A DNA stretch of 64,000 nucleotides from an uncultured virus (IMG/VR IMGVR_UViG_3300046314_000297) (taxonomy: Duplodnaviria > Heunggongvirae > Uroviricota > Caudoviricetes). The notes under the pieces were generated by a model, which searched no databases, was not told where the DNA came from, and was given only the letters and a program-made list of their open reading frames with translations. Location of the stretch: IMG/VR virus record IMGVR_UViG_3300046314_000297; one strand, 5' to 3'. Position numbers and translations under genes: made by a program. This document shows, in pieces, positions 1-9,828 of the stretch (position 1 is its first letter; each line of letters starts with the position of its first letter).

Positions 1-2
1 TT

Positions 3-1829
3 ATAGACCTGGTTGGCTATAAGGTCTATTACAAGTATGCAAGTGCTACTGGCGCTTATACCTTTGCATCTGACGTTAAAGTCAATAGTGCCAAGCTCAT
101 GGGATTGCCTTCTGATGTACCTATGAAATTTGTAGTTACAGCATATGACAAGACCAAGAATGAGTCCGCATACTCTACTGAATTCGCACTAACTACGGCT
201 AAGGGTGCACTAGAGCTAGATGTCGCATCTAAACCTACGGTGAGCAGTCGACTCGGAACAATAACTATAACGTGGGACGGAAAAAGCAGCTCGGGCGCTA
301 ATATGTCTGGTAGCCAGTCCTTGGCTTTTATTCGCGTATATCGCGGCACTAGTGCAACTTTTGTTCCTGACCCAGCCAACTATATTGGCGCGTTTGCCCA
401 AGGGCAGTTCTCCTATATCGATGCTAAGACTGACTATGGTGTGACTTACTACTATAAGATAATTCCAATCGACTCTTTCGGTAATGCCGCCTCGGCATCG
501 GCTGCATCCGATGGTATTGCGACCGCTAAACTAGTAGACACCGATGTGATTGCAAATACGCTAACTACCTGGCCATTCTTAGGGCAAGTTGTTGACGCCA
601 ATGCTTTGGCTGATGGTTCTGTAAGCGGTTCTGCCTTGGCTGCAAATGCTATTACCGCTAGTAACATTAATAATGTCTTTGAGGCCGATGCTATTAGAGT
701 CAATATTGGCGCTTTTGGTGGCCTAGGGGCCGATGAGATTGCTGCTGGAGCTATTGTTGCTGGGAAGATTGCAGCAAATGCCATTACCGCTGGAACTATC
801 GCTGCAGAAGCCGTCGAAGCAGGTAATATAAAAGCCAACTCGATTACAGCCGCTCAGATTGATACTGGGTATCTTTATGCAGGGGTTATTGATGCTGGCC
901 AAATTACTGCAGGAACAATCACTGGTAGAACACTGCAAACTGCTGATGCCGCTAGTAATGCAGTTCCCAAAGCGGTAATTGTAAATGGTTCTGATAATAG
1001 TATCGACTTTAAGGTAGATGGTCTCGTATCTTACCATCTGACTGCTGGTGTCGGTAATAATATTAGCGGAGCTGGGCTCACTATGGGGTATGGAGAGTCA
1101 GCAACAAATATAAATAACTCCAGACTTTTTATAAAGCAAGACTCCTTAGAGCTTACCACTGGGAATAATAATACCGAAGGCATGTATATGTCATCTCCCG
1201 GAGACGGTACGGCAGGGTCTACCTGGATCATAGGCGGACAGCTAGTTCTACTAGGTGGAGATTATGGCATCCAACTAGGGGTAAGTAATACTATATTTTT
1301 TAATAAAGATAATTCTACGGCATGGTATGCCAATAACGGTGCCCACATGGTGGCTGGTGGAGGTATGTTCCTTACTGGTAGCGGAGCTTCTGGAGTTTAC
1401 CCGATGGGGATATCTAGATTGGATACTAACGGTGCTGCAATTAACTTTTTTAGAGGTACGGCTGGTGTAGTCGGGCACATCGATGTAACTACCACTAGCA
1501 CAGCATATATAACAAACTCTGACTATAGACTTAAGGAAAATGTAGTTCCTTTATTGGGTGCTTTAGATAGGCTAATGGCTCTTAAGCCTAGTAGATTTAA
1601 TTTTAAATCTACCCCAGAATTAACAGTAGACGGGTTTCTAGCTCACGAGGCTGGTTTGGTAGTGCCAGAAGCAATTTCAGGTATTAAGGATGATATCGAT
1701 GAAGATGGTGAAATGGTTCTGCAAGGTATTGACCAGTCAAAGCTTGTCCCACTGCTGACTGCAGCGCTCCAAGAAGCAGTAAATAAGATAGAAAACCTAT
1801 CTGATAGAATTGCAACTCTAGAAGCATAA
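3..1829 (+). CDS. Tail/fibre protein (5' truncated): FN3-like repeats, low-complexity I-T-A repeats, C-terminal peptidase S74 intramolecular chaperone
   Basis: Frame is open from position 3 (IDLVGYKVYY), so the start lies outside the window; YYYKIIPIDSFGN FN3-like strand; SDYRLKENV autocleavage motif, GFLAHE, C-terminal coiled coil. Confidence 0.8.
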   Translation: MDLVGYKVYYKYASATGAYTFASDVKVNSAKLMGLPSDVPMKFVVTAYDKTKNESAYSTEFALTTAKGALELDVASKPTVSSRLGTITITWDGKSSSGANMSGSQSLAFIRVYRGTSATFVPDPANYIGAFAQGQFSYIDAKTDYGVTYYYKIIPIDSFGNAASASAASDGIATAKLVDTDVIANTLTTWPFLGQVVDANALADGSVSGSALAANAITASNINNVFEADAIRVNIGAFGGLGADEIAAGAIVAGKIAANAITAGTIAAEAVEAGNIKANSITAAQIDTGYLYAGVIDAGQITAGTITGRTLQTADAASNAVPKAVIVNGSDNSIDFKVDGLVSYHLTAGVGNNISGAGLTMGYGESATNINNSRLFIKQDSLELTTGNNNTEGMYMSSPGDGTAGSTWIIGGQLVLLGGDYGIQLGVSNTIFFNKDNSTAWYANNGAHMVAGGGMFLTGSGASGVYPMGISRLDTNGAAINFFRGTAGVVGHIDVTTTSTAYITNSDYRLKENVVPLLGALDRLMALKPSRFNFKSTPELTVDGFLAHEAGLVVPEAISGIKDDIDEDGEMVLQGIDQSKLVPLLTAALQEAVNKIENLSDRIATLEA

Positions 1830-1844
1830 ACACAAGGACATAAT

Positions 1845-1997
1845 ATGGATACCCAAATCAACGTAGAAGTAGTGCTAAAAAGCCTCCGCGAGCAGATTGG
1901 TGCTCAAGCTCAGGAAGTAGCGATGCTGAAGGCTACGATTGCCGCACTCAATGATAAGCTCGCTGAGACTAAGGCAACCTCGGAAGCATCCGAGTAA
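1845..1997 (+). CDS. 50-aa coiled-coil protein, absent from the ORF track
   Basis: AAGGA RBS upstream; MDTQINVEVVLKSLREQIGAQAQEVAMLKATIAALNDKLAETKATSEASE; TAATG overlap with next gene. Confidence 0.75.
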   Translation: MDTQINVEVVLKSLREQIGAQAQEVAMLKATIAALNDKLAETKATSEASE

Positions 1998-2467
1998 TGT
2001 TCGAGGTAAAAGATGGAGCACGTACACTCCAATTCAATGGAACACTGCTGGCTAAGTCATCTTCCAAAAGATCTGACTCATATCGTTGGATAGAGTTTGA
2101 GCTCTACCGTACTGAGAGCGGATCTTACGTTCTCTCTCGTATCGGCGTCTCTACTATTTTCCATGGTGCAGCCTGCCAGCTAGTGTCTAGATATGGGCTT
2201 CAGGAAAAACCTTCTGCTACTCTAGCTTCTAACTTTCTCCCTTGCGAAGAGTGTGATCCGGACTCTAGCCTAGATCTAGTTTTCCCGGAGAAGAACCGCT
2301 ACTGGGCCCAGGTGTCAGAAGAGGCTTCAGCTGTACTAGATGCGCTATATAAGTATGATGACGGTGGAGCTCGCTACCTTACTAATGTTGCTCAGCGGCT
2401 GCTTGAAGAGGCCTCTGACTCCGATAGAAACATTGCTAGCGTCTATAGGGTTGAAATAATTCCATAA
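1997..2467 (+). CDS. Hypothetical phage protein with CxxC
   Basis: 156 aa ORF, translationally coupled; RWIEFELYRTESGSYVL; CEEC. Confidence 0.7.
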   Translation: MFEVKDGARTLQFNGTLLAKSSSKRSDSYRWIEFELYRTESGSYVLSRIGVSTIFHGAACQLVSRYGLQEKPSATLASNFLPCEECDPDSSLDLVFPEKNRYWAQVSEEASAVLDALYKYDDGGARYLTNVAQRLLEEASDSDRNIASVYRVEIIP

Positions 2468-2503
2468 ATGCTATAAAGTAGAACCACCTTACGAAAGACA
2501 AAA

Positions 2504-4330
2504 ATGACAACAGGATTAGATGGAGTAAAGCTCGAGCTAGTTGATAGCGTAGAGAAGGCTTCACAGTTTTTAACTTGGATTGGTGAACGCCGTCCGCTAA
2601 ATGCAATCGCAGTAGACATTGAGACTGGCGAGTTTCCAGGTAACCATCGGGACGATGCATTCTCACCTTGGCATGGTTGTATTCGTCTAATCCAGGTCGG
2701 TGACGGCATGACCGGATGGTCCATCCCCTGGGAAGAGTGGAACGGTGTCTTCTATGAAGGCATGCGTCGCTTTGACGGCCAGATTGTTTGCCACAACATC
2801 GCTTTCGAAGCCCGTTGGTTTGCTGTCAAATCTAAGTGGGACCTACCTTGGCACCGTGCTCATGACACCATGATTATGGCCCACCTCATCGACCCATTGG
2901 GCTCTGGTGCTTTGAAGCGTCTAACTTCTCAGTACGTGGATGCTAATGCTGCTCGCATGCAGCAGGTTTTAGATGATGGTATGTCTAAAAATGGTTGGAC
3001 CTGGGGGACTGTTCCTATCAACTACCAGCCTTACTGGGCCTACGGCGCTCTAGACACCGTGCTCACGATGCGCCTATTCGAGAAGTTCTGGGAGAAGTGC
3101 GGCCCAGGGCAGGCGTATAGCGTGGCGTATGAGCTAGAAATGAACACTCGCCGTATTGCTACCCGCATGGAGCTCAATGGTGCTCGTCTTGACCTTGATT
3201 ACTCTAAGAAGAAGTACCAAGAACTTGTTGACTACACCGAGCAGGTTAAAGTGTGGGCTAAAGGCCGATATAATGGGATGTCAATCACTAGTAACGTTCA
3301 GTTAGTTCGACAGCTAGAGCTTCTTGGCGCGGAGATCACCGAGTTTACCCCTTCAGGTAATAAGTCTGCATCTGCTGACCAGCTAAAGTTCTTGGCACTA
3401 AACGGGACTCCCGAGGTACAGGAGCTGGCATCCACGGCACTGAAGCAGCGTAAGGCAGATAAGCTAGCCTCTACATACTTCTCGAACTTCATCACTGACA
3501 ACATCAATGGTTTTGTGCACCCATCTATTCGCACAATGGGTGCTCGTACTGGACGTATGACTATTCAAAACCCTGCTTTGCAGACCCTGCCAAAGGGTGA
3601 TGATACTGTACGCCGTGCGTTCATCCCTCGTGACGAGGACCACCTAATCATCACCTCCGACCTTGACCAGGTTGAGTTTCGCATGTTTGCAACTATGTCT
3701 AATGATCAAAATCTAATTGATCTATTTAATATGGCAGATGCTACTGGCTCTGACCCATTTACTGAGATTGGCCGTGAGGTCTATCAGGACCCGACTATGG
3801 TCAAGTCAGACAAGCGACGAGGACTTATCAAGGGAGTAGTCTACGGACGCCTCTACGGGGCTGGAGTAGCTAAACAGGCTATGACTGCTGGTGTGCCAGA
3901 GGATCAGATGCGTGCAGTATCTGATGCTTTTGATGTCAACTATCCAGGCATGAAGTTTTTTCAGAAGCAAGTGGAAGAAGTAGGCATGCAACGCCTACGT
4001 GACGAGGGGCAGGCATATGTAAAAACCTGGACCGGGCACCGTATTCCATCTGACGATGATCGAATTTATTCACTTACGAATTATCTTATCCAGGGCTCGG
4101 CAGCTGAAATCTTTAAGTCGAACCTAGTAAAGCTGGACCAGGCTGATTTGACTGAGTTAATGATTGTTCCAGTGCATGACGAAATTGTTCTCAATGCACC
4201 TCGTGAAGATGTTGAGGAGATCAAGCAGCTAGTTCGTCAGTGCATGACTACTACTGAGGGGTGGGCGGTCCCGCTTACGGCTGATGTTGAAGGCGGCTAT
4301 ACCACCTGGGGTAGTAAATATGAGGGGTAG
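2504..4330 (+). CDS. polA: Family A DNA polymerase with 3'-5' exonuclease, no 5'-3' exonuclease domain
   Basis: Exo motifs DIETG, HNIAFE, YGALD; RTGR..QNPALQTLP; motif A SDLDQVEFR; motif B RGLIKGVVYGRLYG; NYLIQGSAA; motif C VHDE. Confidence 0.95.
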   Translation: MTTGLDGVKLELVDSVEKASQFLTWIGERRPLNAIAVDIETGEFPGNHRDDAFSPWHGCIRLIQVGDGMTGWSIPWEEWNGVFYEGMRRFDGQIVCHNIAFEARWFAVKSKWDLPWHRAHDTMIMAHLIDPLGSGALKRLTSQYVDANAARMQQVLDDGMSKNGWTWGTVPINYQPYWAYGALDTVLTMRLFEKFWEKCGPGQAYSVAYELEMNTRRIATRMELNGARLDLDYSKKKYQELVDYTEQVKVWAKGRYNGMSITSNVQLVRQLELLGAEITEFTPSGNKSASADQLKFLALNGTPEVQELASTALKQRKADKLASTYFSNFITDNINGFVHPSIRTMGARTGRMTIQNPALQTLPKGDDTVRRAFIPRDEDHLIITSDLDQVEFRMFATMSNDQNLIDLFNMADATGSDPFTEIGREVYQDPTMVKSDKRRGLIKGVVYGRLYGAGVAKQAMTAGVPEDQMRAVSDAFDVNYPGMKFFQKQVEEVGMQRLRDEGQAYVKTWTGHRIPSDDDRIYSLTNYLIQGSAAEIFKSNLVKLDQADLTELMIVPVHDEIVLNAPREDVEEIKQLVRQCMTTTEGWAVPLTADVEGGYTTWGSKYEG

Positions 4331-4355
4331 AGACTTACACCTCAGTAAACTACTT

Positions 4356-4364
4356 TGATATACT
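4356..4364 (+). promoter_or_regulatory. Extended -10 promoter (TGATATACT), leaderless geometry
   Basis: TGn-TATACT, then 6 nt, then ATG at 4371; no RBS. Confidence 0.65.
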
Positions 4365-4370
4365 AAATAT

Positions 4371-5030
4371 ATGGCCAGCTTATATGTACTATGCAGAGAG
4401 TCTTCTACGGAAGATGTCCGATATGTTGGAATTACTAAATATGAAGACGTAGAGATTCGACTACGAGCCCATAAGGAAAGGGCGCATGCCGGGACAGTTA
4501 GACCAGTATACTCTTGGATGCGTAAGTACGACGATGTGATTGCTATAAAAATCTTAGGTGAGCTTACATGGGATCGGGCTTGCGAAGAAGAAATCTATTT
4601 AATTAAGAACTTACGTGAGGCAGGAGCTAAGCTTCTAAATATGACTGATGGCGGAGAAGGCACCATGGGACATAAGGACTCCGAAGAGACTTTAGCTAAA
4701 AAGCGAGAAAAAGCTTTAGGTAGAAAGCATTCCGACTATACAAAGAACAAGATCTCTATGTCTAATTCTGGAAAAAAGCGCACTGATGAGGCCAAGAAAA
4801 AGATGTCTGATGCCAAAAAAGGTAAAAAGTTATCGCCAGAACACGTAGAGAAACTTATTGAAAGTCGTACTGGTAGGCCATGCTCTCCAGAAACTGCAGA
4901 AAAAATATCTAAAGCTCAGCGGGGTAAAAAACTATCTCCAGAGCATTTAGCTAAACTGCAGGCGGCTCAGAAAGCTCGTCGTGAACGTGAGCGCCTAGAG
5001 AAAGAAGCGAGGACAGAAGATGACTACTAA
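4371..5030 (+). mobile_element. Free-standing GIY-YIG-type homing endonuclease with NUMOD3 repeats
   Basis: N-terminal LYVL...RYVGIT, RLRAH, E..LI...LLNMTDGGEG; repeated S/T-x-E/Y-T/A-x-x-K-I/M-S NUMOD3-like units; lies between polA and the RuvC-like gene. Confidence 0.8.
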
Positions 5031-5493
5031 ATGGGTATTGGCAGTTGATCCAGGTAAAGCCACTGGACTAGCGCTATTCAGCTACGAGAAGGGCAGCGAC
5101 CCTATTCTTCTTTGGTCCGATGAAGTGCAGCAAGACGAATATGCGAAGCCGATTCGCGAAGCTCTAGCTCTGTATGGGCCAGAAGAAGGCGGAATCGAAG
5201 TAGTCTGCGAGCGATTCACTATCAACGCTCAGACTGTTCGCAACTCCCAGGCTCCGTATTCTCTAGAGCAGATCGGTATTCTTAAGCAATGTCTTATGGA
5301 TGTCGGTCGCGCTCCAGACGACATTTACTTTCAGAGTCCAGCTGATGCTAAGGCGCTATTTCCCAATCCTGCGCTGAAGAAGCTTGAATATTGGCACAAG
5401 GGTGGCGAAGGTCACGCGATGGATGCAATCCGACACGGACTACTTCGACTTGTAAAAAGTGGTTGGAAGCCTATAGGATTACTTGAGCAATAA
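5020..5493 (+). CDS. RuvC-like Holliday junction resolvase
   Basis: N-terminal VLAVDPGKATG, central VVCE, C-terminal HAMDAIRH acidic RNase H-fold pattern. Confidence 0.75.
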   Translation: MTTKWVLAVDPGKATGLALFSYEKGSDPILLWSDEVQQDEYAKPIREALALYGPEEGGIEVVCERFTINAQTVRNSQAPYSLEQIGILKQCLMDVGRAPDDIYFQSPADAKALFPNPALKKLEYWHKGGEGHAMDAIRHGLLRLVKSGWKPIGLLEQ

Positions 5494-5532
5494 AAAGTAT
5501 TAGCAAAAATAAATACCAAACTAGTTTTTTTC

Positions 5533-5541
5533 TGCTAATAT
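5533..5541 (+). promoter_or_regulatory. Extended -10 promoter (TGCTAATAT)
   Basis: TGn-TAnnnT in the AT-rich gap before the helicase. Confidence 0.45.
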
Positions 5542-5570
5542 ATTTATACAACGACAACGAAAGATTAAAA

Positions 5571-7388
5571 ATGCCAGTACTTGTAGAACTCGATGAATCG
5601 GGTGAGCACATTGTTATCAATGCAGAATGGCGTCTAAAAGAACTCTGTAAGGGACTACCTGGTGCTTCTTGGTCAGCTAAAGAGCAGGTGTGGCGTATTC
5701 CTACCTCCTGGGGCGGCTGCTTGGCGCTACGCTCTACTTTTAAGGCTGAACTAGTCCTAGGTCCGAACCTATCTGCTTGGGCCACCAAAGAGCGTACAGA
5801 GCGCGTAGACCCGGCTAACCACCTCCGTGATGTAGACGTCATGGAAGACGGAGATGCAGACCTTTTCCCTCATCAGCGTGCTGGAGTAGAGTTCCTAGCC
5901 ACTGCTCGCCGTGCACTTCTTGCTGACGAGCCTGGACTAGGTAAGACCGCTCAGGCTATCCGATCGCTTAAGAAGTTACATGACCGAGGAGAAGCAGTAT
6001 TTCCGGCTCTTGTTGTCTGTCCAAACACTCTTAAGAAGAACTGGGAACGTGAGTTCGACAAGTGGTGGCCTGGGGTCAACGTCACTGTTATTGGCGGTCC
6101 ATCTAATAAGCGCAAAGCCTTGTTTGACCAGAACAGTGATGTAGTCGTCATTAACTGGGAGTCGCTACGTAGTCACTCAAAGCTGTCATCTTATGGCTCG
6201 ATTGCCCTGGCTCGCTGCCTGGACTGCAAGGGCCACGACTCTCGAGTCACTCCTGGCCGCTGTGAAGTCCACCAACGTGAGCTAAACGAGATCGACTTCA
6301 AGGCAGTAATTGCTGACGAGATCCACCGCTCAAAGGACCCTAAGTCTAAGCAGACCCGTGCTCTTTGGGCTGCTACTGGAGATGCGGACATTCGTTTTGC
6401 TCTTACCGGTACGCCTATTGCTAATGACGTAGTTGACCTATGGCCGATTCTTCACTGGATTGCTCCAGAAGAGTGGCCGTCAAAGACTAAGTGGATTGAC
6501 CGAATGATTGACACCATGCTCAATGCTTTCGGTGGGATGATGGTTCTTGGCGTAAAGCCTCACATGGAGCAGGAGTTCTACGCTGCAATCAACCCTCGTA
6601 TGCGCCGCATGCTGAAGGCTCGCGTGCTTCCTTGGTTGCCTGAGGTAATCAATGAACGCCGTGATGTCGAGATGGGTGCTAAGCAGGCTAAGGCCTACAA
6701 GCAGATGGCAGAGCACATGATTGTGATGCTAGAGAAGGAGGAGGGAGATGCGACCGGCGATGTTGTCGTTGCCGCTAACCCTCTGACTCAGGCCTTGCGA
6801 CTACTCCAGTTCGCTAGCTCTTACGCTGAAATTACAGTTGATCCATCCTCTGGCGATGAAAAGGTTATTCTGTCCGACCCGTCCTGTAAGGTCGATGCTC
6901 TTATGGATGATATGAAGAATGGTGACTTCGGCGATGACTCAGTTGCAGTCTGTGCTGTATCTCGCCAGCTGATTGACATCCTCAGCGCACGTCTGACTAA
7001 GGAAGGTATCAAGCACGGTCTAATCACTGGTGCTCTAGATGCAGACGAGCGTCAGCGACACATTGATGATTTCCAGGCTGGGCGCACTAAGTGGATCCTT
7101 TTCACTGCTCAGGCTGGTGGTGTGGGTGTCACCTTGACAACTGCGCGTCGCCTTGTTATGCTTCAAAGGCCATGGTCTCTTGTAGATTACAAGCAGGCCC
7201 TGGACCGCGTACACCGCATTGGCTCCGAGATTCACGATTCAGTAATCATTACCGACTATGTGACCGAGGGAACTATGGAAGAACGTGTTATTCAAGCACT
7301 AGACACAAAAGCTGGAAACTTCGAGCAGATTGTCCGCGACAAGGACCAGCTACTCAAGATGCTTAAAGAAAGCGTTGGAAAGAAATAA
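5571..7388 (+). CDS. SNF2-family (SF2) helicase
   Basis: LFPHQ; LLADEPGLGKT; IADEIH; LTGTP; AGGVGVTLT; QALDRVHRIG. Confidence 0.92.
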   Translation: MPVLVELDESGEHIVINAEWRLKELCKGLPGASWSAKEQVWRIPTSWGGCLALRSTFKAELVLGPNLSAWATKERTERVDPANHLRDVDVMEDGDADLFPHQRAGVEFLATARRALLADEPGLGKTAQAIRSLKKLHDRGEAVFPALVVCPNTLKKNWEREFDKWWPGVNVTVIGGPSNKRKALFDQNSDVVVINWESLRSHSKLSSYGSIALARCLDCKGHDSRVTPGRCEVHQRELNEIDFKAVIADEIHRSKDPKSKQTRALWAATGDADIRFALTGTPIANDVVDLWPILHWIAPEEWPSKTKWIDRMIDTMLNAFGGMMVLGVKPHMEQEFYAAINPRMRRMLKARVLPWLPEVINERRDVEMGAKQAKAYKQMAEHMIVMLEKEEGDATGDVVVAANPLTQALRLLQFASSYAEITVDPSSGDEKVILSDPSCKVDALMDDMKNGDFGDDSVAVCAVSRQLIDILSARLTKEGIKHGLITGALDADERQRHIDDFQAGRTKWILFTAQAGGVGVTLTTARRLVMLQRPWSLVDYKQALDRVHRIGSEIHDSVIITDYVTEGTMEERVIQALDTKAGNFEQIVRDKDQLLKMLKESVGKK

Positions 7389-8326
7389 TGACAACTGAGC
7401 CAGTACGCATCTCCAACTCGGAGATCCAAACCTTTAAAGACTGCCGCCGCCGCTGGTGGTTGACTTACTACCGCCGTCTAAAGCCAAAGATGCAGACCTT
7501 TACCGGTCCTCTAGCACTGGGGTCTCGTATCCACGAGGCACTCGACCAGTACTACACCTCTGGCATGGAGCGTGACCTCCTAGAGATTCACGCCGAGCTA
7601 ATTAAGATCGACATGAAGCTTCTCACCGATGAGTACCGCGACACCACTGACTTAGAGTCAGAGGCGGAACTCGGTCGCATCATGCTTGAGGGCTACCTAG
7701 AGTGGGTCGAGCTTGAGGGTATCGATGCAGATCTAGAGATGATCTCTACAGAAGAAGTTATCGAGCGTCCTATGCTTGACGGTCGTGTGACTCTTCAGGG
7801 CAAGATTGATATGCGTGTTCGTCGTAAGATTGACGGCGCTCGTATGCTTCGTGACTTCAAGACTGTTGGAGGCTCATTCGCTGAGTTCAACTCCATCGCT
7901 CACATGAACGAGCAGGTCCTTACTTATATGCTTCTCGAGGAAGCCCAGAATAAGGAAGGCGAACGGTCAGACGGCGCTATCTTTACGATGCTTCGTAAGG
8001 TTAAGCGTGGCGCTTATGCTAAGCCGCCGTTCTATGACCAGACTACTGTTCGTCACAATGCGTTCGCACTTCGATCTTTCTATCAGCGCCTTGAAGGCAC
8101 GCTAGAAGACATGATGCGCGTACGTGATGGCCTTGACGATGGCGTAAGCCACCTAAAGCTTGCTTACCCAAAGCCGAGCCGTGAATGTAAGTGGAAGTGT
8201 CAGTTCTTCGCTATCTGCCCACTTATCGACGATGGTTCCGCCGCCGAGGCAGCCATTAGCGACTCGTTCACTGAGTCAAATCCTTACGACTACTACAAGG
8301 GTTCAGAAGCTAAGGGCTCAGAGTAG
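7388..8326 (+). CDS. Cas4/RecB-like PD-(D/E)XK exonuclease
   Basis: N-terminal SNSEIQTFKDC, GSRIH, GKID, DFKT, Q..TY, C-terminal CKWKCQFFAIC Fe-S cysteines. Confidence 0.85.
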   Translation: MTTEPVRISNSEIQTFKDCRRRWWLTYYRRLKPKMQTFTGPLALGSRIHEALDQYYTSGMERDLLEIHAELIKIDMKLLTDEYRDTTDLESEAELGRIMLEGYLEWVELEGIDADLEMISTEEVIERPMLDGRVTLQGKIDMRVRRKIDGARMLRDFKTVGGSFAEFNSIAHMNEQVLTYMLLEEAQNKEGERSDGAIFTMLRKVKRGAYAKPPFYDQTTVRHNAFALRSFYQRLEGTLEDMMRVRDGLDDGVSHLKLAYPKPSRECKWKCQFFAICPLIDDGSAAEAAISDSFTESNPYDYYKGSEAKGSE

Positions 8327-8402
8327 CGAAAAAGTTTCCAAAGTAGTATGCTTTGGGATATCAAATAAAAACAACAATCAATAAGAAAGGAAGTGAGTAG
8401 GA

Positions 8403-9164
8403 ATGTCAGAAGTCGATCGCAGCTTAACATTAATGGTTTATGGCGAATCTAAGGTTGGAAAGTCAACCTTTGCAGTGACAGCACCTTACCCACGCCTAAT
8501 GCTTGATGTTGAGGGTGGACACCGTTTCCTCCCTATCAACGTCAAGTACTGGGACCCCATCCGTGAAGAGCCACCAGTGGCTGACGGAACATGGGATACC
8601 GTTGTAGTCCAGGTTCGTGACTACGACATCGTTATGAAGACCTTCGCATGGCTTCAGAGCGGTAAGCACCAGTTCAAGTCTTTGATCATCGACTCAATCT
8701 CTGAGTTGCAGGTCAAGTGCATGGACAACATTGCAGGTAGCGAGCAGATGAAGATGCAGCAGTGGGGCGAGCTTTTGCGCCACATGGGTGCGCTACTTCG
8801 TGACCTACGCGACCTAACAATGCACCCTACACAGCCACTAGAAGCTGTAGTACTGACTGCAATGGCACGTAAGGGCCAGGATGGCGTATACCGTCCTTAC
8901 CTACAGGGCCAGCTTGCAATTCAGGCTCCATACTTCTACGATATTCTTGGAGCGATCACGGTGGAACAGGTACCAAATCCTGACCCATTGCAGCCTCCGT
9001 ATAAGGTACGACGCATGTATGTTGAGCGTACACCTGAATACGAAGCTGGAGAACGCGTCCAGGGACGCTTGGGAAAGATTGTCGAGCAGCAGGACCTCGG
9101 GGTTGAGCGTATGCTAGACATCATTTTCGGCGAAAAGACAAAAACCACAAAGAAGAACAACTAA
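8403..9164 (+). CDS. AAA_24 / Sak4-like P-loop ATPase (ssDNA annealing)
   Basis: Walker A YGESKVGKST, LDVEGG, Walker B LIIDSISE; between nuclease and SSB. Confidence 0.8.
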   Translation: MSEVDRSLTLMVYGESKVGKSTFAVTAPYPRLMLDVEGGHRFLPINVKYWDPIREEPPVADGTWDTVVVQVRDYDIVMKTFAWLQSGKHQFKSLIIDSISELQVKCMDNIAGSEQMKMQQWGELLRHMGALLRDLRDLTMHPTQPLEAVVLTAMARKGQDGVYRPYLQGQLAIQAPYFYDILGAITVEQVPNPDPLQPPYKVRRMYVERTPEYEAGERVQGRLGKIVEQQDLGVERMLDIIFGEKTKTTKKNN

Positions 9165-9175
9165 GTTAGGAAATC

Positions 9176-9769
9176 ATGAGTTCACTCAACTGGTCAGACC
9201 TCGTTAAAGAGGCTGGCGAAACTACAAGCTACGAACCGCTACCAGATGGCGACTACGAGCTAAAGGTTACCGAGTCTAAGGCCACTGTGTCTCAGTCTGG
9301 TAAGACCATGTTCAAGATCACCACTGAAGTTCAGGGTGGTCCTCACGCCAAGCGTCGCATTTGGGACCAGCTTGTCATCTCTCCTGAGAACCCTAAGGCT
9401 CTCACCATGTTCTTCGTGAAGATGGGTGCACTAGGTTTGGGTAAGGACTTCTTCGAGTCAAACCCAACCAACGCTCAGATTGAGGCAGCTCTTCTACACC
9501 GCGGCTTCCGTGGCACCATTGGTAAGCGCACCTACAACGGCAACGTAAGCAACGAGATCAAGAACTACCACCGTATCGTTGTAGACGCCGCTGTAGCCTC
9601 TGTAGCGGCCGTTGCAGCTCCTGCACCAGCTCCAGCACCAGCTGCAGCTCCTGCACCAGCTCCAGCCCCTGCAACCCCGTTTGATGGTCCTTCAGTGGCT
9701 GTTGCAGCACCGGCTCCGGCCCCAGCTGCACCAGTTGCTCCAGTTGGTTCAGAAGACTCTCCGTTCTAA
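9176..9769 (+). CDS. DUF669-like ssDNA-binding protein with Ala/Pro linker and acidic tip
   Basis: YEPLPDGDY, SQSGKTM; (AP)n tail; C-terminal EDSPF resembling SSB-Ct. Confidence 0.8.
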   Translation: MSSLNWSDLVKEAGETTSYEPLPDGDYELKVTESKATVSQSGKTMFKITTEVQGGPHAKRRIWDQLVISPENPKALTMFFVKMGALGLGKDFFESNPTNAQIEAALLHRGFRGTIGKRTYNGNVSNEIKNYHRIVVDAAVASVAAVAAPAPAPAPAAAPAPAPAPATPFDGPSVAVAAPAPAPAAPVAPVGSEDSPF

Positions 9770-9780
9770 TAGAGATCAAG

Positions 9781-9811
9781 GAAGGGGGCACCGAACTGGT
9801 GTCCCCTTTCT
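9781..9811 (+). terminator. Intrinsic terminator after SSB
   Basis: AAGGGGGCACC-GAACT-GGTGTCCCCTT stem followed by pyrimidines. Confidence 0.7.
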
Positions 9812-9828
9812 CACTACCTAGGGATAAT

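Noticed and set aside
7388..8326. CRISPR-Cas system suggested by the Cas4-like gene
   Set aside because: No repeat-spacer array or other cas genes; context is a standard nuclease-Sak4-SSB recombination module
9612..9740. GCTCC/GCACCA repeats as an origin
   Set aside because: Explained by the Ala-Pro linker of the SSB
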